From Escherichia coli O127:H6 str. E2348/69 (GTDB taxonomy: Bacteria; Pseudomonadota; Gammaproteobacteria; Enterobacterales; Enterobacteriaceae): a DNA stretch of 64,000 bases. The stretch lies in assembly GCF_000026545.1 (NCBI RefSeq), contig NC_011601.1, one strand, 5' to 3'. Under the pieces are notes generated by a model. The model did no database searches. It saw only the letters and a list, made by a program, of their open reading frames with translations, and was not told the origin of the DNA. Of this stretch, positions 20,197 through 30,077 are shown in pieces. Position 1 is the stretch's first letter. Each line of letters opens with the position of its first letter. The position numbers were made by a program, and so were the translations under genes.

Positions 20197-20709
20197 TTAA
20201 ACGGTATGATATTTAATTCTGGCGGCCTCAAAAGCCGCAGCGGCAAGTTCGGCAGTGTCATGGTATCCAAGGTTAATACACTTTCCAGACGCATTAATTC
20301 TTGCTCTCCATTTCCCGTACTTAGCATCCCAAGACACGCCACGGTATCCAGATTTATTATTCTTCTGAATTTTCCTGTTCTGCATATTTTCGGAATGAGT
20401 GACAAGACGAAGATTTGATATCCGGTTATCTGTTCTTACCCTGTTGATGTGATCAATAAAACCATCGGGCATGGTGCCATAAACAATCAACCATGCCAGT
20501 CTGTGAGCAGGGTATGCTTTACCATTAATCATAATCATTAAATACCCATCAGAATTTATTGATGAGCATTTCTTGAAAGCAAAACGAGAGTTCCATGTCA
20601 AAGTGGTCCTCTCTCTCCCCTGCCTCCATCTCCAGTGAAAGTCGCCTGATGATGGATTGTAATCAACAACAGAAAGCACCATTTCTGGCGTTAATTTTAT
20701 TTCTTTCAT
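20197..20709 (-). CDS. HNH homing endonuclease with AP2-type DNA-binding domain
   Basis: HNH-type His/Asn motif (HINRVRTDNRISNLRLVTHSEN) and AP2-like SGYRGVSWDAKYGKWRARI. Confidence 0.75.
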   Translation of the reverse strand: MKEIKLTPEMVLSVVDYNPSSGDFHWRWRQGRERTTLTWNSRFAFKKCSSINSDGYLMIMINGKAYPAHRLAWLIVYGTMPDGFIDHINRVRTDNRISNLRLVTHSENMQNRKIQKNNKSGYRGVSWDAKYGKWRARINASGKCINLGYHDTAELAAAAFEAARIKYHTV

Positions 20710-20830
20710 CGCTTTACCTTAGGGATAGAGCCTGTTCGCGTAGATATGACAGCCAAGAGCGGAGCGATGTTTCCACCACCATATCTCAGGCCCATATCAC
20801 TAAGACTCTTGTTTTGATTGCACGCGAATG

Positions 20831-20855
20831 CAAAAAAGCCCACAGGAGGTGGGCT
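20831..20855 (-). terminator. Putative tR' (terminator of the pR'-initiated leader downstream of Q)
   Basis: Hairpin gcccac-ctcct-gtgggc followed by T6 on minus strand, ~50 nt after Q stop. Confidence 0.5.
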
Positions 20856-20903
20856 TGTGATGGTTGCTGAATGCAAAAGCAGCAGCATATGTGAATATTA
20901 TGG

Positions 20904-21422
20904 CTAAATGGCTAATTGCATGTCAAGGCTTTTAACAGCAATATGCTTAACTTTCTCAACACGTTTACGCATTTTGAAAGCATTTTTCATTGGTTGGTAC
21001 AAAACAAATAATGACGCTTTCAGGATGTCGTCAATTTCGTTTCTACAGGTTGCCAGTGAAGGTTTTCTCCATCCCTCGCCACCACGTCCACACATCTTGC
21101 GTGGCTTTGCAGTCGCGTGATAGTAGGATGCAATTGCTCGCTTAGATGAACCATGAGCGTAGTAGCTGAGGAGGATGCCAAAGGCTTTCTTGTCAATGTA
21201 CATGACGGAATCGACGACCTGAGAAATCAACATTCCATCATCATCATTGCACATTGGCCTTGTCATAACTCTTCCCGGCTCTACGCTCTCCATGAACTTC
21301 GCTATTACGCTGCTCATGCGCTTTTCCAGACGACCTGAATAAACCCATGCGCCCCACAGTTCAAGCCAGCCATTCAGCCACTCATGCTGTTCTTTGGTGA
21401 GGTTTAGTTCTCTTATGCTCAT
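20904..21422 (-). CDS. Q: Late antiterminator Q-like protein
   Basis: Position after nin genes and before tR'/lysis genes; translation resembles lambdoid Q-family antiterminators. Confidence 0.65.
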   Translation of the reverse strand: MSIRELNLTKEQHEWLNGWLELWGAWVYSGRLEKRMSSVIAKFMESVEPGRVMTRPMCNDDDGMLISQVVDSVMYIDKKAFGILLSYYAHGSSKRAIASYYHATAKPRKMCGRGGEGWRKPSLATCRNEIDDILKASLFVLYQPMKNAFKMRKRVEKVKHIAVKSLDMQLAI

Positions 21423-21607
21423 CGTCTTCCTCTCTTGCCCTGTTTGACCATCAGGACGCCGTTAACTATTACGTGACGCTCGCCTTTGCTGTCTCGGTTG
21501 TACTTGAGCACTGTTCCTCTTGCGCAGGAAAGCATCCTCGCCACTTCGGTCTGATTGCCTCGTGTCTGGATAAGAAGCTCTGGTATCGTTTGAATTGTGG
21601 CGTTCAT
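21419..21607 (-). CDS. ninH: NinH-like protein
   Basis: Shares GNQTEVARxLxCxRGTVxKY motif with lambda NinH. Confidence 0.7.
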   Translation of the reverse strand: MNATIQTIPELLIQTRGNQTEVARMLSCARGTVLKYNRDSKGERHVIVNGVLMVKQGKRGRR

Positions 21608-21966
21608 GCGTTCTCCAGTTCGGTGATTTTTATTCCAAGCCTTCCGCCTGGTACTTTCACGCCACGAATTACGCGAATGTCATCGAATTGCTCGTCGTCT
21701 TCCGCAAATCCGGCGTGGATAAGGGAGTCGAGTAAACCCTTCAGGATGTTATCGAGGTCGCGGCGGCGGGAGTCTGGAACGTCTGCGATGACTTTGATGC
21801 GGAGTCGTGATTTGGTGAAAATGTCTAACTTGAGTTGGCGGATGATTTGCTGAACGTCTTTTCGGTATTTCTGGCCTTTATCGCTGATGTAGTATTGGCT
21901 TCCCCGTCTTCGCCAGTAGGTGTTCACCGACGGCGGGTATGGAAGCACAAACTGATATTCGTTCAT
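21604..21966 (-). CDS. rusA: Holliday junction resolvase RusA-like
   Basis: Conserved RusA motifs (PPSxNxYxR, DxRRRDLDN). Confidence 0.8.
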   Translation of the reverse strand: MNEYQFVLPYPPSVNTYWRRRGSQYYISDKGQKYRKDVQQIIRQLKLDIFTKSRLRIKVIADVPDSRRRDLDNILKGLLDSLIHAGFAEDDEQFDDIRVIRGVKVPGGRLGIKITELENA

Positions 21967-22253
21967 GACTTAATCTTCCCCTCCTTCAGCAGTATCGCCT
22001 GCGTCCTGATCACGCCTTCGAGGTGGTAAAGTCTGGCGTCTTTGTTGTCGAGAATCCGGGTGCGTCGGTCGATCTCCGCGTGGCAGTCACTACAAGCCCA
22101 TGCGCCGATCAGGTCGTCAGGCTTCATTCCCGTTCCGCAAATTCCAGCCATCCGGTAATGTGCCAGAACTGTAGTTTCAGGATTACCATTGCATATTCCG
22201 TAAATACGTACCTGGCATTCTCTGCCGCGTGCTTCTTTGCGTAGGTTAGCCAT
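21963..22253 (-). CDS. YbcO/DUF1364-like nin-region protein
   Basis: Cys/His-rich; similar to DLP12 YbcO-type proteins as recalled. Confidence 0.5.
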   Translation of the reverse strand: MANLRKEARGRECQVRIYGICNGNPETTVLAHYRMAGICGTGMKPDDLIGAWACSDCHAEIDRRTRILDNKDARLYHLEGVIRTQAILLKEGKIKS

Positions 22254-22522
22254 TATGGTTCACTCCAGTAATTCTCAATTGCAGCAGCCATTCTCTGCAT
22301 CCACTCAGCCAGCTTTAACGCGGCTTCTCTTTCAGAACCACATTTAGGGAAATCCTTCATTTCCATGCTGGCCTTATATGTTCTGAATGCCAGGTCTCCG
22401 GTAATAACCAACTCCTGATCAAGCACCGAGCGTTTATTCCGGTGTTGAACGTAATAGACAGATTCAGTCCGCATTTCTTCTCTGTCTTTTTTGAAGGAAA
22501 TAAGCTCAGAGAAATCACTCAT
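22253..22522 (-). CDS. Hypothetical nin-region protein (89 aa)
   Basis: ORF track; synteny. Confidence 0.4.
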   Translation of the reverse strand: MSDFSELISFKKDREEMRTESVYYVQHRNKRSVLDQELVITGDLAFRTYKASMEMKDFPKCGSEREAALKLAEWMQRMAAAIENYWSEP

Positions 22523-22691
22523 CGTCTTCTTCCTCGTACATTGAGCTATTCGGATCGCTCATCAGTTCTGCGCAGCAGTACTCACACACGTGAACTTCCA
22601 GCACATGCAGCTTCTGACCGCAGTTAGCGCACGTTAAAGCTCGCTCGACGCTTTCTTTCTGGTATTGAAGGGATTGGGATGGGCTAAGCAT
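22515..22691 (-). CDS. ninF: NinF-like protein
   Basis: Hand translation [40 protein letters not shown]... matches lambda NinF; below ORF-track length cutoff. Confidence 0.7.
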   Translation of the reverse strand: MLSPSQSLQYQKESVERALTCANCGQKLHVLEVHVCEYCCAELMSDPNSSMYEEEDDE

Positions 22692-23056
22692 TATTGGATT
22701 CTCTGCATCATGAGAAAGACAATCATGGCGGCGCGGAGGGGATTTTCATGTATAGCTCGCTTAGATTTACAGTAGGCCACACCGCGTGCACCCCACTCGT
22801 CTTCATCGAGATTGATAATGCTAATCCTGTATTTTTCAATAATCGGCCATGCGGCTGCTGGGTTTGCGCATGGGTTAAAGGATCCGCGCTCAACTTCTAC
22901 TTCAACTGCGTCTCCGTTTACAATGTCTCCCTCAAATGAGACAAACACCATATCGCCATTCTCACCTTCTTTGTAATCCGGTGATCCGTTATGAATGGCT
23001 TCGAATACCGCCACGTTAATTTCAAAATCACTTAACTGTGAATAATCCATTGTCAT
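22691..23056 (-). CDS. Hypothetical nin-region protein
   Basis: ORF track 22691..23092 trimmed to ATG at 23056 with GAGGAA RBS. Confidence 0.45.
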   Translation of the reverse strand: MTMDYSQLSDFEINVAVFEAIHNGSPDYKEGENGDMVFVSFEGDIVNGDAVEVEVERGSFNPCANPAAAWPIIEKYRISIINLDEDEWGARGVAYCKSKRAIHENPLRAAMIVFLMMQRIQ

Positions 23057-23229
23057 TTCCTCGCACGATTTCTTAGCCACCGGATATCCCACAGGTGAGC
23101 CGTGTAGTTGAAGGTTTTTACGTCAGATTCTTTCGGGATTGGCTTGCGTTTATTTCTGGAGCGTTTCGTTGGAAGGTATTTGCAGTTTTCGCAGATTATG
23201 TCGGTGATACTTCGTCGCTGTCGTCTCAT
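23053..23229 (-). CDS. ninE: NinE-like protein
   Basis: Internal-start product [23 protein letters not shown]... matches lambda NinE. Confidence 0.75.
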   Translation of the reverse strand: MRRQRRSITDIICENCKYLPTKRSRNKRKPIPKESDVKTFNYTAHLWDIRWLRNRARK

Positions 23230-23753
23230 TCTGCCATCCTGACGCCCTGCCCGATCGCCATCAATGCCGCTTTGGATACGGTAGTAAACATCCGTCGAGG
23301 ACTGATGAACGGTCGCCAAATCAGCAGCATGGAGCCTTTGCTGTTTCCCTTCTTCTCCAGCCCTGTCGATGGTTCGATAAAATTAATCCGTCCATCAGTG
23401 ATAATACGAACTTCGTCGACACTCTCCAGAGCCTTGCTGAACCATCCGACTGACATATCCTCTGGCACAAGCATAACTACCGTCTGTCGCTGTTGTATGC
23501 ACTGCTCAGCGGCTTTTTCCACCCACGGCCTGATATTGCTATACGGTGGGTTATTCCAGATTGCACCGTGGCTTATCCACTCAGAATTTAGCGCGTCGTC
23601 GGCCTCAGTTAGCCAGTGAGCACACAGAGCATTTTTGTCGCTCGCTGCCGAATCCAGCCAGAATCCAAACTCAATATCCAGTGCATCAAAAAGCCAAAGC
23701 GGCGTTTGCCAGCAGTCCTTGTCGTGTGCTGGCGTATTTGATTTGATAGTCAT
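23226..23753 (-). CDS. Phage DNA N6-adenine methyltransferase (Dam-like, NPPY motif)
   Basis: NPPY catalytic motif; start trimmed to MTIKSNT at 23753, overlapping ninB stop. Confidence 0.75.
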   Translation of the reverse strand: MTIKSNTPAHDKDCWQTPLWLFDALDIEFGFWLDSAASDKNALCAHWLTEADDALNSEWISHGAIWNNPPYSNIRPWVEKAAEQCIQQRQTVVMLVPEDMSVGWFSKALESVDEVRIITDGRINFIEPSTGLEKKGNSKGSMLLIWRPFISPRRMFTTVSKAALMAIGQGVRMAE

Positions 23754-24190
23754 GCAGCCCGATCTCCCCATCGCGCTTTCCATTCGAGAGCTAGTCGCGC
23801 TTCGTCTGACCACTTAACGCCACGCTCTGTACCGAATGCCTGTATAAGCTCTAATAGCTCCGCAAATTCGCCTACACGCATCCTGCTGGTTGACTGGCCT
23901 ATTACCACAAAGCCATTCCCGGCAAGGTTAGGAACAACATCCTGCTGCTTTAATGCTGCGGTAAACACACACTTCCAGCTTTCTGCATCCAGCCAGCGAC
24001 CATGCCATTCAACCTGACGAGAGACGTCACCTAAGCATGCCCATAGCTTCCTGTTTTGGTCTAAGCTGCGGTTGCGTTCCTGAATGGTTACTACGATTGG
24101 TTTGGTTGGGTCTGGAAGGATTTGCTGTACTGCGTGAATAGCGTTCTGCTGATGTGCCGGAGATCGAATTTCAAAGGTTAGTTTTTTCAT
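23750..24190 (-). CDS. ninB: NinB (Orf-family recombination mediator)
   Basis: Translation from MKKLTFEIRSPAHQQ... essentially identical to lambda NinB. Confidence 0.85.
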   Translation of the reverse strand: MKKLTFEIRSPAHQQNAIHAVQQILPDPTKPIVVTIQERNRSLDQNRKLWACLGDVSRQVEWHGRWLDAESWKCVFTAALKQQDVVPNLAGNGFVVIGQSTSRMRVGEFAELLELIQAFGTERGVKWSDEARLALEWKARWGDRAA

Positions 24191-24263
24191 GACTTCCCTC
24201 TCCCCCAAATAAAAAGGCCTGCGATTACCAGCAGGCCTGTTATTAGCTCAGTGATGTAGATGG

Positions 24264-25640
24264 TCATACGTCCGCCCCTTGTGCATATCGTCTGCCACGC
24301 GCAGCAGGTGCATTTGATGCTGTGCAAATCTGTCTGGCTTCATCCTGGTCACATGCAACAAAGTGTCCGTTGCAGAACCGCTGGTAAACCGTACCAAGCG
24401 AGCCAAAACGGTTTTTCGTCACGATGATTTCAGCAAATGGCGCGGCGCTACTGTTCTCGTCATATACCGCTTCCCGATAGAGCATGATGATTGAGTCTGC
24501 ATCCTGTTCAATGCTTCCTGAATCACGCAAATCTGCGTTTGTCGGGCGTTTGTTTGGTCGCTTCTCAACATCGCGCGAAAGCTGACTCAGGGAGATAACA
24601 GGCGTTTTCAGGTCTTTCGCCATCGCCTTCAGGCTTCCGGAGATGTGAGCAATTGCAAGGTCGTTGCGGTCTGCTTTCGGCTTCTCAATCAGGCCAAGAT
24701 AATCCGCCATGATGAGTGACAGGTTTGGATTTTCCTGTTTGTGCCGTTCTGCGATTGAGCGTATTTCTTCGACCGATAACCGCGAGGCATCGACTACCCA
24801 TACATCCAAATCTGCAAGCTGATTCATGCCGTTAGCAACGCGCGCCCAGCCTTCGTCATCCATCGATGCAGGATTTCGCAGCACGCTAACCGACATCCTC
24901 CCGGCGTTGGCAATGCTTCGCTCTGCAATCTGCAATGCGCTCATTTCCATTGAGAAAATCAATACCCCGCGCCTGACGTCAGAACCAGGAAGAACGCGGC
25001 TTGCAACGCCTTCGGCAATCTTTAGCGCCAGTTCGGTTTTCCCCATACCAGGACGAGCGGCGATTATCACCAGGTCTTCCGCGTTCATCCCTCCGGTGAT
25101 GGCGTCAAGTTCTTCGATTCCGGTCTTCAGGGTATCTGATTCCTCTCCGTTCCTCAGACGCCTGTCAAGCGTGTCAGTGTAGTCAGTAATGATTTCCCCT
25201 AACCGTACAGGTTTTACCTCGTCACGGGGCTTTCTGATGGCTGAGAGACGCTTTACAAGTTCATCCATCGCCTGACTCGATGCGTCGATGGTTCCGCTCT
25301 GAATTGGTTCACGCATTTCATCCATGATTTCCAGCACCAGACGGCGGTGATAGTTATCCGCGACCATTCCGGCATATCCCTTCAGGTTTGCGGCGCTCGG
25401 GCAGTTTTTGCTGGTCATCAGGATTGAGGTGAAATGCTCCTCTCCGCACGCCTCGGCAACCATCAGCGCGTCGATTAGGTTTCTGTTTCTCGCCTGCTTG
25501 CGGATAACCTCGAAGGCTTTCCGGTAGAGCGGAATTGAAAACGCTTCCGGCTCCAGTGTTGCCAGAACGTCGCTGGCGGTTGGAGTTAATCCACCAATCA
25601 GCAGGCCACCGATAACACTCGCTTCGATATCCTGTCTCAT
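24264..25640 (-). CDS. Replicative DNA helicase, DnaB-like (replaces lambda P)
   Basis: Walker A GMGKTE and DnaB-type C-terminal domain. Confidence 0.85.
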   Translation of the reverse strand: MRQDIEASVIGGLLIGGLTPTASDVLATLEPEAFSIPLYRKAFEVIRKQARNRNLIDALMVAEACGEEHFTSILMTSKNCPSAANLKGYAGMVADNYHRRLVLEIMDEMREPIQSGTIDASSQAMDELVKRLSAIRKPRDEVKPVRLGEIITDYTDTLDRRLRNGEESDTLKTGIEELDAITGGMNAEDLVIIAARPGMGKTELALKIAEGVASRVLPGSDVRRGVLIFSMEMSALQIAERSIANAGRMSVSVLRNPASMDDEGWARVANGMNQLADLDVWVVDASRLSVEEIRSIAERHKQENPNLSLIMADYLGLIEKPKADRNDLAIAHISGSLKAMAKDLKTPVISLSQLSRDVEKRPNKRPTNADLRDSGSIEQDADSIIMLYREAVYDENSSAAPFAEIIVTKNRFGSLGTVYQRFCNGHFVACDQDEARQICTASNAPAARGRRYAQGADV

Positions 25641-26584
25641 GCAATCCCCCTGTCTGCAAACTTCCCTTCCCGTACTCCCGTTAACGAATCTTCCCTCAGC
25701 AGGTAATCAAAATCTGCCGTCCAGCCAGTGTCGTTGTCTCCGAAGTAAAACGGCTTGGCCTGATGCACAAACGCCCTGACATACGCTCTGAAACCGTCCA
25801 CGTTTGGCGTTTTCAGTTGCGGGATGATTTTCTTCAGGCGGCGTTTGCGTTTCTCGTTGACCGCAACAGCGTGTGGCAGTCTGTCACCGACTTCGGTGTT
25901 GTAGGCGTTCAGGAAGGATTCGTAGTCGATTCGTTCTGCCTTGCGACGTTCAGGTTTAACCTGCCCATCGCCTCCCCCATTGGGGGGTAGGGGGGTATTA
26001 TTTATATTCTTGTTAATACCTTCTTGTTCATCATGTGCGGTTGTTTGTGCGGCTTCATGTGCGCTTTCATGTGCGGCATGTGCGCTGAAAGCCGCGCCAT
26101 TACTGGCTTCGTCATGTGCGGCATCATGTGCGGTTGTTTGTGCGGCTTCATGTGCGGGTAAATTGTCCATTTTTTGAGCATATTCATGGTAATTTGTGAT
26201 GGTGATCACACGACCTTTTTGCTTCTCTCCATCAATGGAGATCATCCCCTCTTTCACAAAAACCTGAAGCATCCGCTCAACCTGATCACGGCTTGCTGGC
26301 TTGCCATGTCTGTCGCATAACTGAAGACCTAAATCAGCTGCTGTCACAACCAGTTGACCGGGTTGCAGATGCCATTCATGACCTTTGAAATTCGCTTTGT
26401 ATGGCTTTCTGGCGGCATTCAGGAGAAGGTTTTCCCACAGGGTGCGAAGATAAACATCTTTCGCCCATGACTGTTTCAGAATGCTCCGGTACAACGGAAT
26501 GTAACCAGTTTTCTGGTTCTCCATCCTGTTGCTCCTGCGCTCGTGTGCGGCGCTGAAATCGTAGATTTTTGCTGTATTGCTCAT
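25637..26584 (-). CDS. O: Replication initiator O-like protein (iterons within coding sequence)
   Basis: N-terminus [10 protein letters not shown] similar to lambda O; internal repeated [11 protein letters not shown] peptides correspond to DNA iterons. Confidence 0.7.
   Translation of the reverse strand: MSNTAKIYDFSAAHERRSNRMENQKTGYIPLYRSILKQSWAKDVYLRTLWENLLLNAARKPYKANFKGHEWHLQPGQLVVTAADLGLQLCDRHGKPASRDQVERMLQVFVKEGMISIDGEKQKGRVITITNYHEYAQKMDNLPAHEAAQTTAHDAAHDEASNGAAFSAHAAHESAHEAAQTTAHDEQEGINKNINNTPLPPNGGGDGQVKPERRKAERIDYESFLNAYNTEVGDRLPHAVAVNEKRKRRLKKIIPQLKTPNVDGFRAYVRAFVHQAKPFYFGDNDTGWTADFDYLLREDSLTGVREGKFADRGIA
26029..26158. repeat. Origin-like iteron array (two clusters of ~12-bp repeats, core catgtgcgg) with adjacent AT-rich tract
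   Basis: Direct repeats tcatgtgcgg / ttgtttgtgcgg / cttcatgtgcgg seen inside the O gene; AT-rich stretch at ~25997-26027. Confidence 0.6.
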
Positions 26585-26586
26585 AA

Positions 26587-26859
26587 CTACCTGCCTTGAC
26601 GAAAGACCTTAAGAACATTGTTAAACTGACTTACGGATATGTCTTCTTTGAGCAGCTTTTCCAGAAATGCGTTTGGAATGAACGTATATCCCTCCTCTTT
26701 TGGTAGAGACGGAAGCAACGCCCTCGCCTCAGCCTTCAGAAGCTCAGTTCTGGCAACTTTCACAAAAGAGATTTGAGTTCTTTCATCAATGGAACGAAGG
26801 AAGCGCAAACGCTTAGCTTCTTTGTGTGTATCAGGTGGATTAAAGCCTTTGTTTCGCAT
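26587..26859 (-). CDS. Hypothetical protein between cII and O
   Basis: ORF track 26587..27024 trimmed to ATG at 26859 (GAGGT RBS) to avoid overlap with cII. Confidence 0.4.
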   Translation of the reverse strand: MRNKGFNPPDTHKEAKRLRFLRSIDERTQISFVKVARTELLKAEARALLPSLPKEEGYTFIPNAFLEKLLKEDISVSQFNNVLKVFRQGR

Positions 26860-26881
26860 ATAATTACCTCGCTGGATATTG

Positions 26882-27178
26882 TTAAAATTCCATCTGGGTT
26901 TGTTCAGAACGCTCGGTTGCCGCCGGGCGTTTTTTATTGGTGAGTCCATCAAGCGCATACTTAAAAGCCCTACTAATCGGACTGATGTCTGATGCCATTC
27001 CGAAAGCACACAAGACCGAAGCAATAAATCTCCAGTCCGTTCTGCTTATCTTCGATTCATGACAGCCAATCATCTTTGCCAGACCGCGCTGGGTAAGCGT
27101 TGACAGGTTGATGAGTAAATCTGTTTCTGCGCGATCAATTTCTCGCTGTGTTGGCTTGCTGTAACTTGCTTGTGTCAT
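26882..27178 (-). CDS. cII: cII-like transcriptional activator (mosaic: lambda-like C-terminus, divergent N-terminus)
   Basis: C-terminal LTNKKRPAATERSEQxQMEF matches lambda CII; N-terminal ~75 aa diverge. Confidence 0.7.
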   Translation of the reverse strand: MTQASYSKPTQREIDRAETDLLINLSTLTQRGLAKMIGCHESKISRTDWRFIASVLCAFGMASDISPISRAFKYALDGLTNKKRPAATERSEQTQMEF

Positions 27179-27316
27179 TTCTTAATATTTCCAATAGTGA
27201 ATAGTTAGTTGAAAGATATGCGTGGAAACGCATATGGCCTTAGTTGGTCAGATATATTGGGACTCGCTTTGTCAGCGACGTAGGACGAATGTCCATTGTG
27301 AAAATAGCGGTGTTAC

Positions 27317-27526
<210 letters not shown>

Positions 27527-27543
27527 TTAGTACATGCAACCAT

Positions 27544-27607
27544 TATCACCGCCAGAGGTAAAATAGTCAACACGCACGGTGTTAGATATTTATCCCTTGC
27601 GGTGATA
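27544..27607. promoter_or_regulatory. oR1-oR2-oR3 operators with overlapping pR/pRM (lambda-type)
   Basis: tatcaccgccagaggta, caacacgcacggtgtta, tatcccttgcggtgata read directly; match lambda oR sites. Confidence 0.85.
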
Positions 27608-27614
27608 GATTTAA

Positions 27615-28331
<717 letters not shown>

Positions 28332-28338
28332 CACGTAA

Positions 28339-28776
28339 ATGATTAAAGAACGTATTTCTTATATCATTCCGATTGCGATGGATGAAGGCAACCCAGTAAC
28401 TCCAGTTCTTATCTATGAAATGGATAAAGACTCCCATGAAGTGGATCTATCATTTGGCGCTTTTTTTATCGGCCTTAAGGCTACAAAAAAATATTCCATA
28501 GGCATTGAGGTTTTCAATGCTCAAGAAATACCGATACCAATTGACACAAAACTGTACTCCAACCATAAGTTTTTTACGGTAGCAGAAGCCAACGATGGAG
28601 AAACCATCGTATCAACTTCTATGAGAATTAACTTCCCAAGGGTGAAAATTATCAAGCCTGGGATATTCGAAGTTAGAGCATCACTGGTTAATCCTGATAA
28701 AGGCGAAGTAATTGATGTAAAAAGTTCGTTTTTTGACGTGAAGATAACAGGATCAGTTCGCGATGAGTTTAGATAA
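28339..28776 (+). CDS. Hypothetical 145-aa protein occupying the rexA position
   Basis: ORF track; starts 8 nt after cI stop; no recognisable family. Confidence 0.6.
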   Translation: MIKERISYIIPIAMDEGNPVTPVLIYEMDKDSHEVDLSFGAFFIGLKATKKYSIGIEVFNAQEIPIPIDTKLYSNHKFFTVAEANDGETIVSTSMRINFPRVKIIKPGIFEVRASLVNPDKGEVIDVKSSFFDVKITGSVRDEFR

Positions 28777-29134
28777 CAAGGTTGCTCAGCTTCGTCCAAA
28801 TCAAAACATATCTCGCCCAATTGGACACTATTCCACTGATGATGCATACTCACGGCATGGTGGAGGAAACGGCGGAGGTAACATGCTTGAGGCTAGAGTT
28901 GCAAAGCTAGAGTCTGATGTTGAATACATCAAGCGCGATCTCGCTGAAGTAAAGTCAGATATAAAATCTGTAGATTCTCGTCTGTCAGGTATTGAGACAA
29001 GCATTAGCTCAGCAAAAATCACCATCAAGGCATCTGCGGTCGTTGTCAGTTTCGTGTTCGCATTTTGCGCCTACATTTTTGGAAGTTATGTTTCCAAAAT
29101 CCTTGATGCCTTAAACGGACTCGTTCTTAAGTAA
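28763..29134 (+). CDS. Hypothetical 123-aa membrane-anchored coiled-coil protein occupying the rexB position
   Basis: Gly-rich linker GGGNGGGN, predicted coiled coil, C-terminal hydrophobic helix AVVVSFVFAFCAYIFGSYV; start overlaps upstream stop. Confidence 0.6.
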   Translation: MSLDNKVAQLRPNQNISRPIGHYSTDDAYSRHGGGNGGGNMLEARVAKLESDVEYIKRDLAEVKSDIKSVDSRLSGIETSISSAKITIKASAVVVSFVFAFCAYIFGSYVSKILDALNGLVLK

Positions 29135-29140
29135 CACACA

Positions 29141-29168
29141 ACCCGGCCTCAGCGCCGGGTTTTCTTTA
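29141..29168 (+). terminator. Rho-independent terminator (timm-like) ending the cI operon
   Basis: Hairpin cccggcctcagcgccggg followed by TTTTCTTT. Confidence 0.6.
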
Positions 29169-29324
29169 CCTCACGATCCCCTTCACCCAATAACACATAA
29201 CCAATTGTATTTATTTGAAAATTAATAGATACAACTCACTAAACATCGCAATTCAGATCTCTCGATCACCTCCCAAGCCACACACCCCTGCAAAAAAATA
29301 AATCTATATAAAAAACATACAGAT

Positions 29325-29390
29325 AACCATCTGCGGTGATAAATTATCTCTGGCGGTGTTGGCATAAATACCACTGGCGGTGATACTAAA
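29325..29390. promoter_or_regulatory. oL3-oL2-oL1 operators and pL promoter (lambda-type), firing toward N
   Basis: aaccatctgcggtgata, tatctctggcggtgttg, taccactggcggtgata; -35 ttggca and -10 gatact. Confidence 0.8.
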
Positions 29391-29635
29391 CACATCAGCA
29401 GGACGCACTACTCACCAGGGCGGTGAATATACAACGATTCAAGCAAGAATCTACGGCGCTGACAAAGCGCAATAACCAAAGTGAACTTTGGGGTGTGGTG
29501 AAGGGTTCATGGACGGGAATATGTCGCACGTAAAGCGGCGAGGCCTGCGGGACTATTGCCGAATTGAAGTAGGCCGAAACAGGTCGAAATGGGTCTCCCA
29601 CCTACCACACCACCAAAGTTCACCAGGAGGTCTAT

Positions 29636-30019
29636 ATGACACGCAGAACTCAGTTCAAAGGCAATTCACGTTCTCGTCGTCGTGAGCGTTTAAAGGCAAA
29701 GGCATTAGCTAACGGCGTACTGGCCCGCGAAGAAGCAATAAGTTCAGAAGTATTACACCGCCCTACTCTAAGCAGAGCGCAGATTCAGGCTAAAGGTACT
29801 CACGAAACGCCTGAGCGCATAGAAGACGCTAAGCCAATTAAGTTCATGGCACAGGACGTGATCTGGCAACAGAAAGAATACAGACGCAATCTGGAGCGAG
29901 CGGCCATTGTGTACGCGAATGAGTTTGGACATAAGCAACCAGAAACTGGTGTATGTCTTCCAAACGTAGCCATTTACGCGGCAGGATACCGGAAATCAAA
30001 ACAACTGACAGCAAGATGA
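29636..30019 (+). CDS. N: Antiterminator N-like protein (P22 gp24-type, Arg-rich motif)
   Basis: Arg-rich N-terminus NSRSRRRERLKAKA and C-terminus AIYAAGYRKSKQLTAR resemble P22 gene 24 product; first gene after pL. Confidence 0.6.
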   Translation: MTRRTQFKGNSRSRRRERLKAKALANGVLAREEAISSEVLHRPTLSRAQIQAKGTHETPERIEDAKPIKFMAQDVIWQQKEYRRNLERAAIVYANEFGHKQPETGVCLPNVAIYAAGYRKSKQLTAR

Positions 30020-30077
30020 CTTGTGTTGGTCGCCAGAAAATGAAATTAGGCAGCAAACCACTTATTTGAGGTGAGAT

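Noticed and set aside
26029-26158. Short direct repeats (catgtgcgg-type) that could superficially suggest a CRISPR array
   Set aside because: Repeats are ~12 bp with almost no spacers, lie inside the O-like reading frame and are followed by an AT-rich tract: classic origin iterons, not CRISPR repeats; no cas genes nearby.
26587-27024. 145-aa form of the ORF overlapping cII
   Set aside because: Its upstream part overlaps cII in another frame; an internal ATG at 26859 with RBS gives a non-overlapping 90-aa gene.
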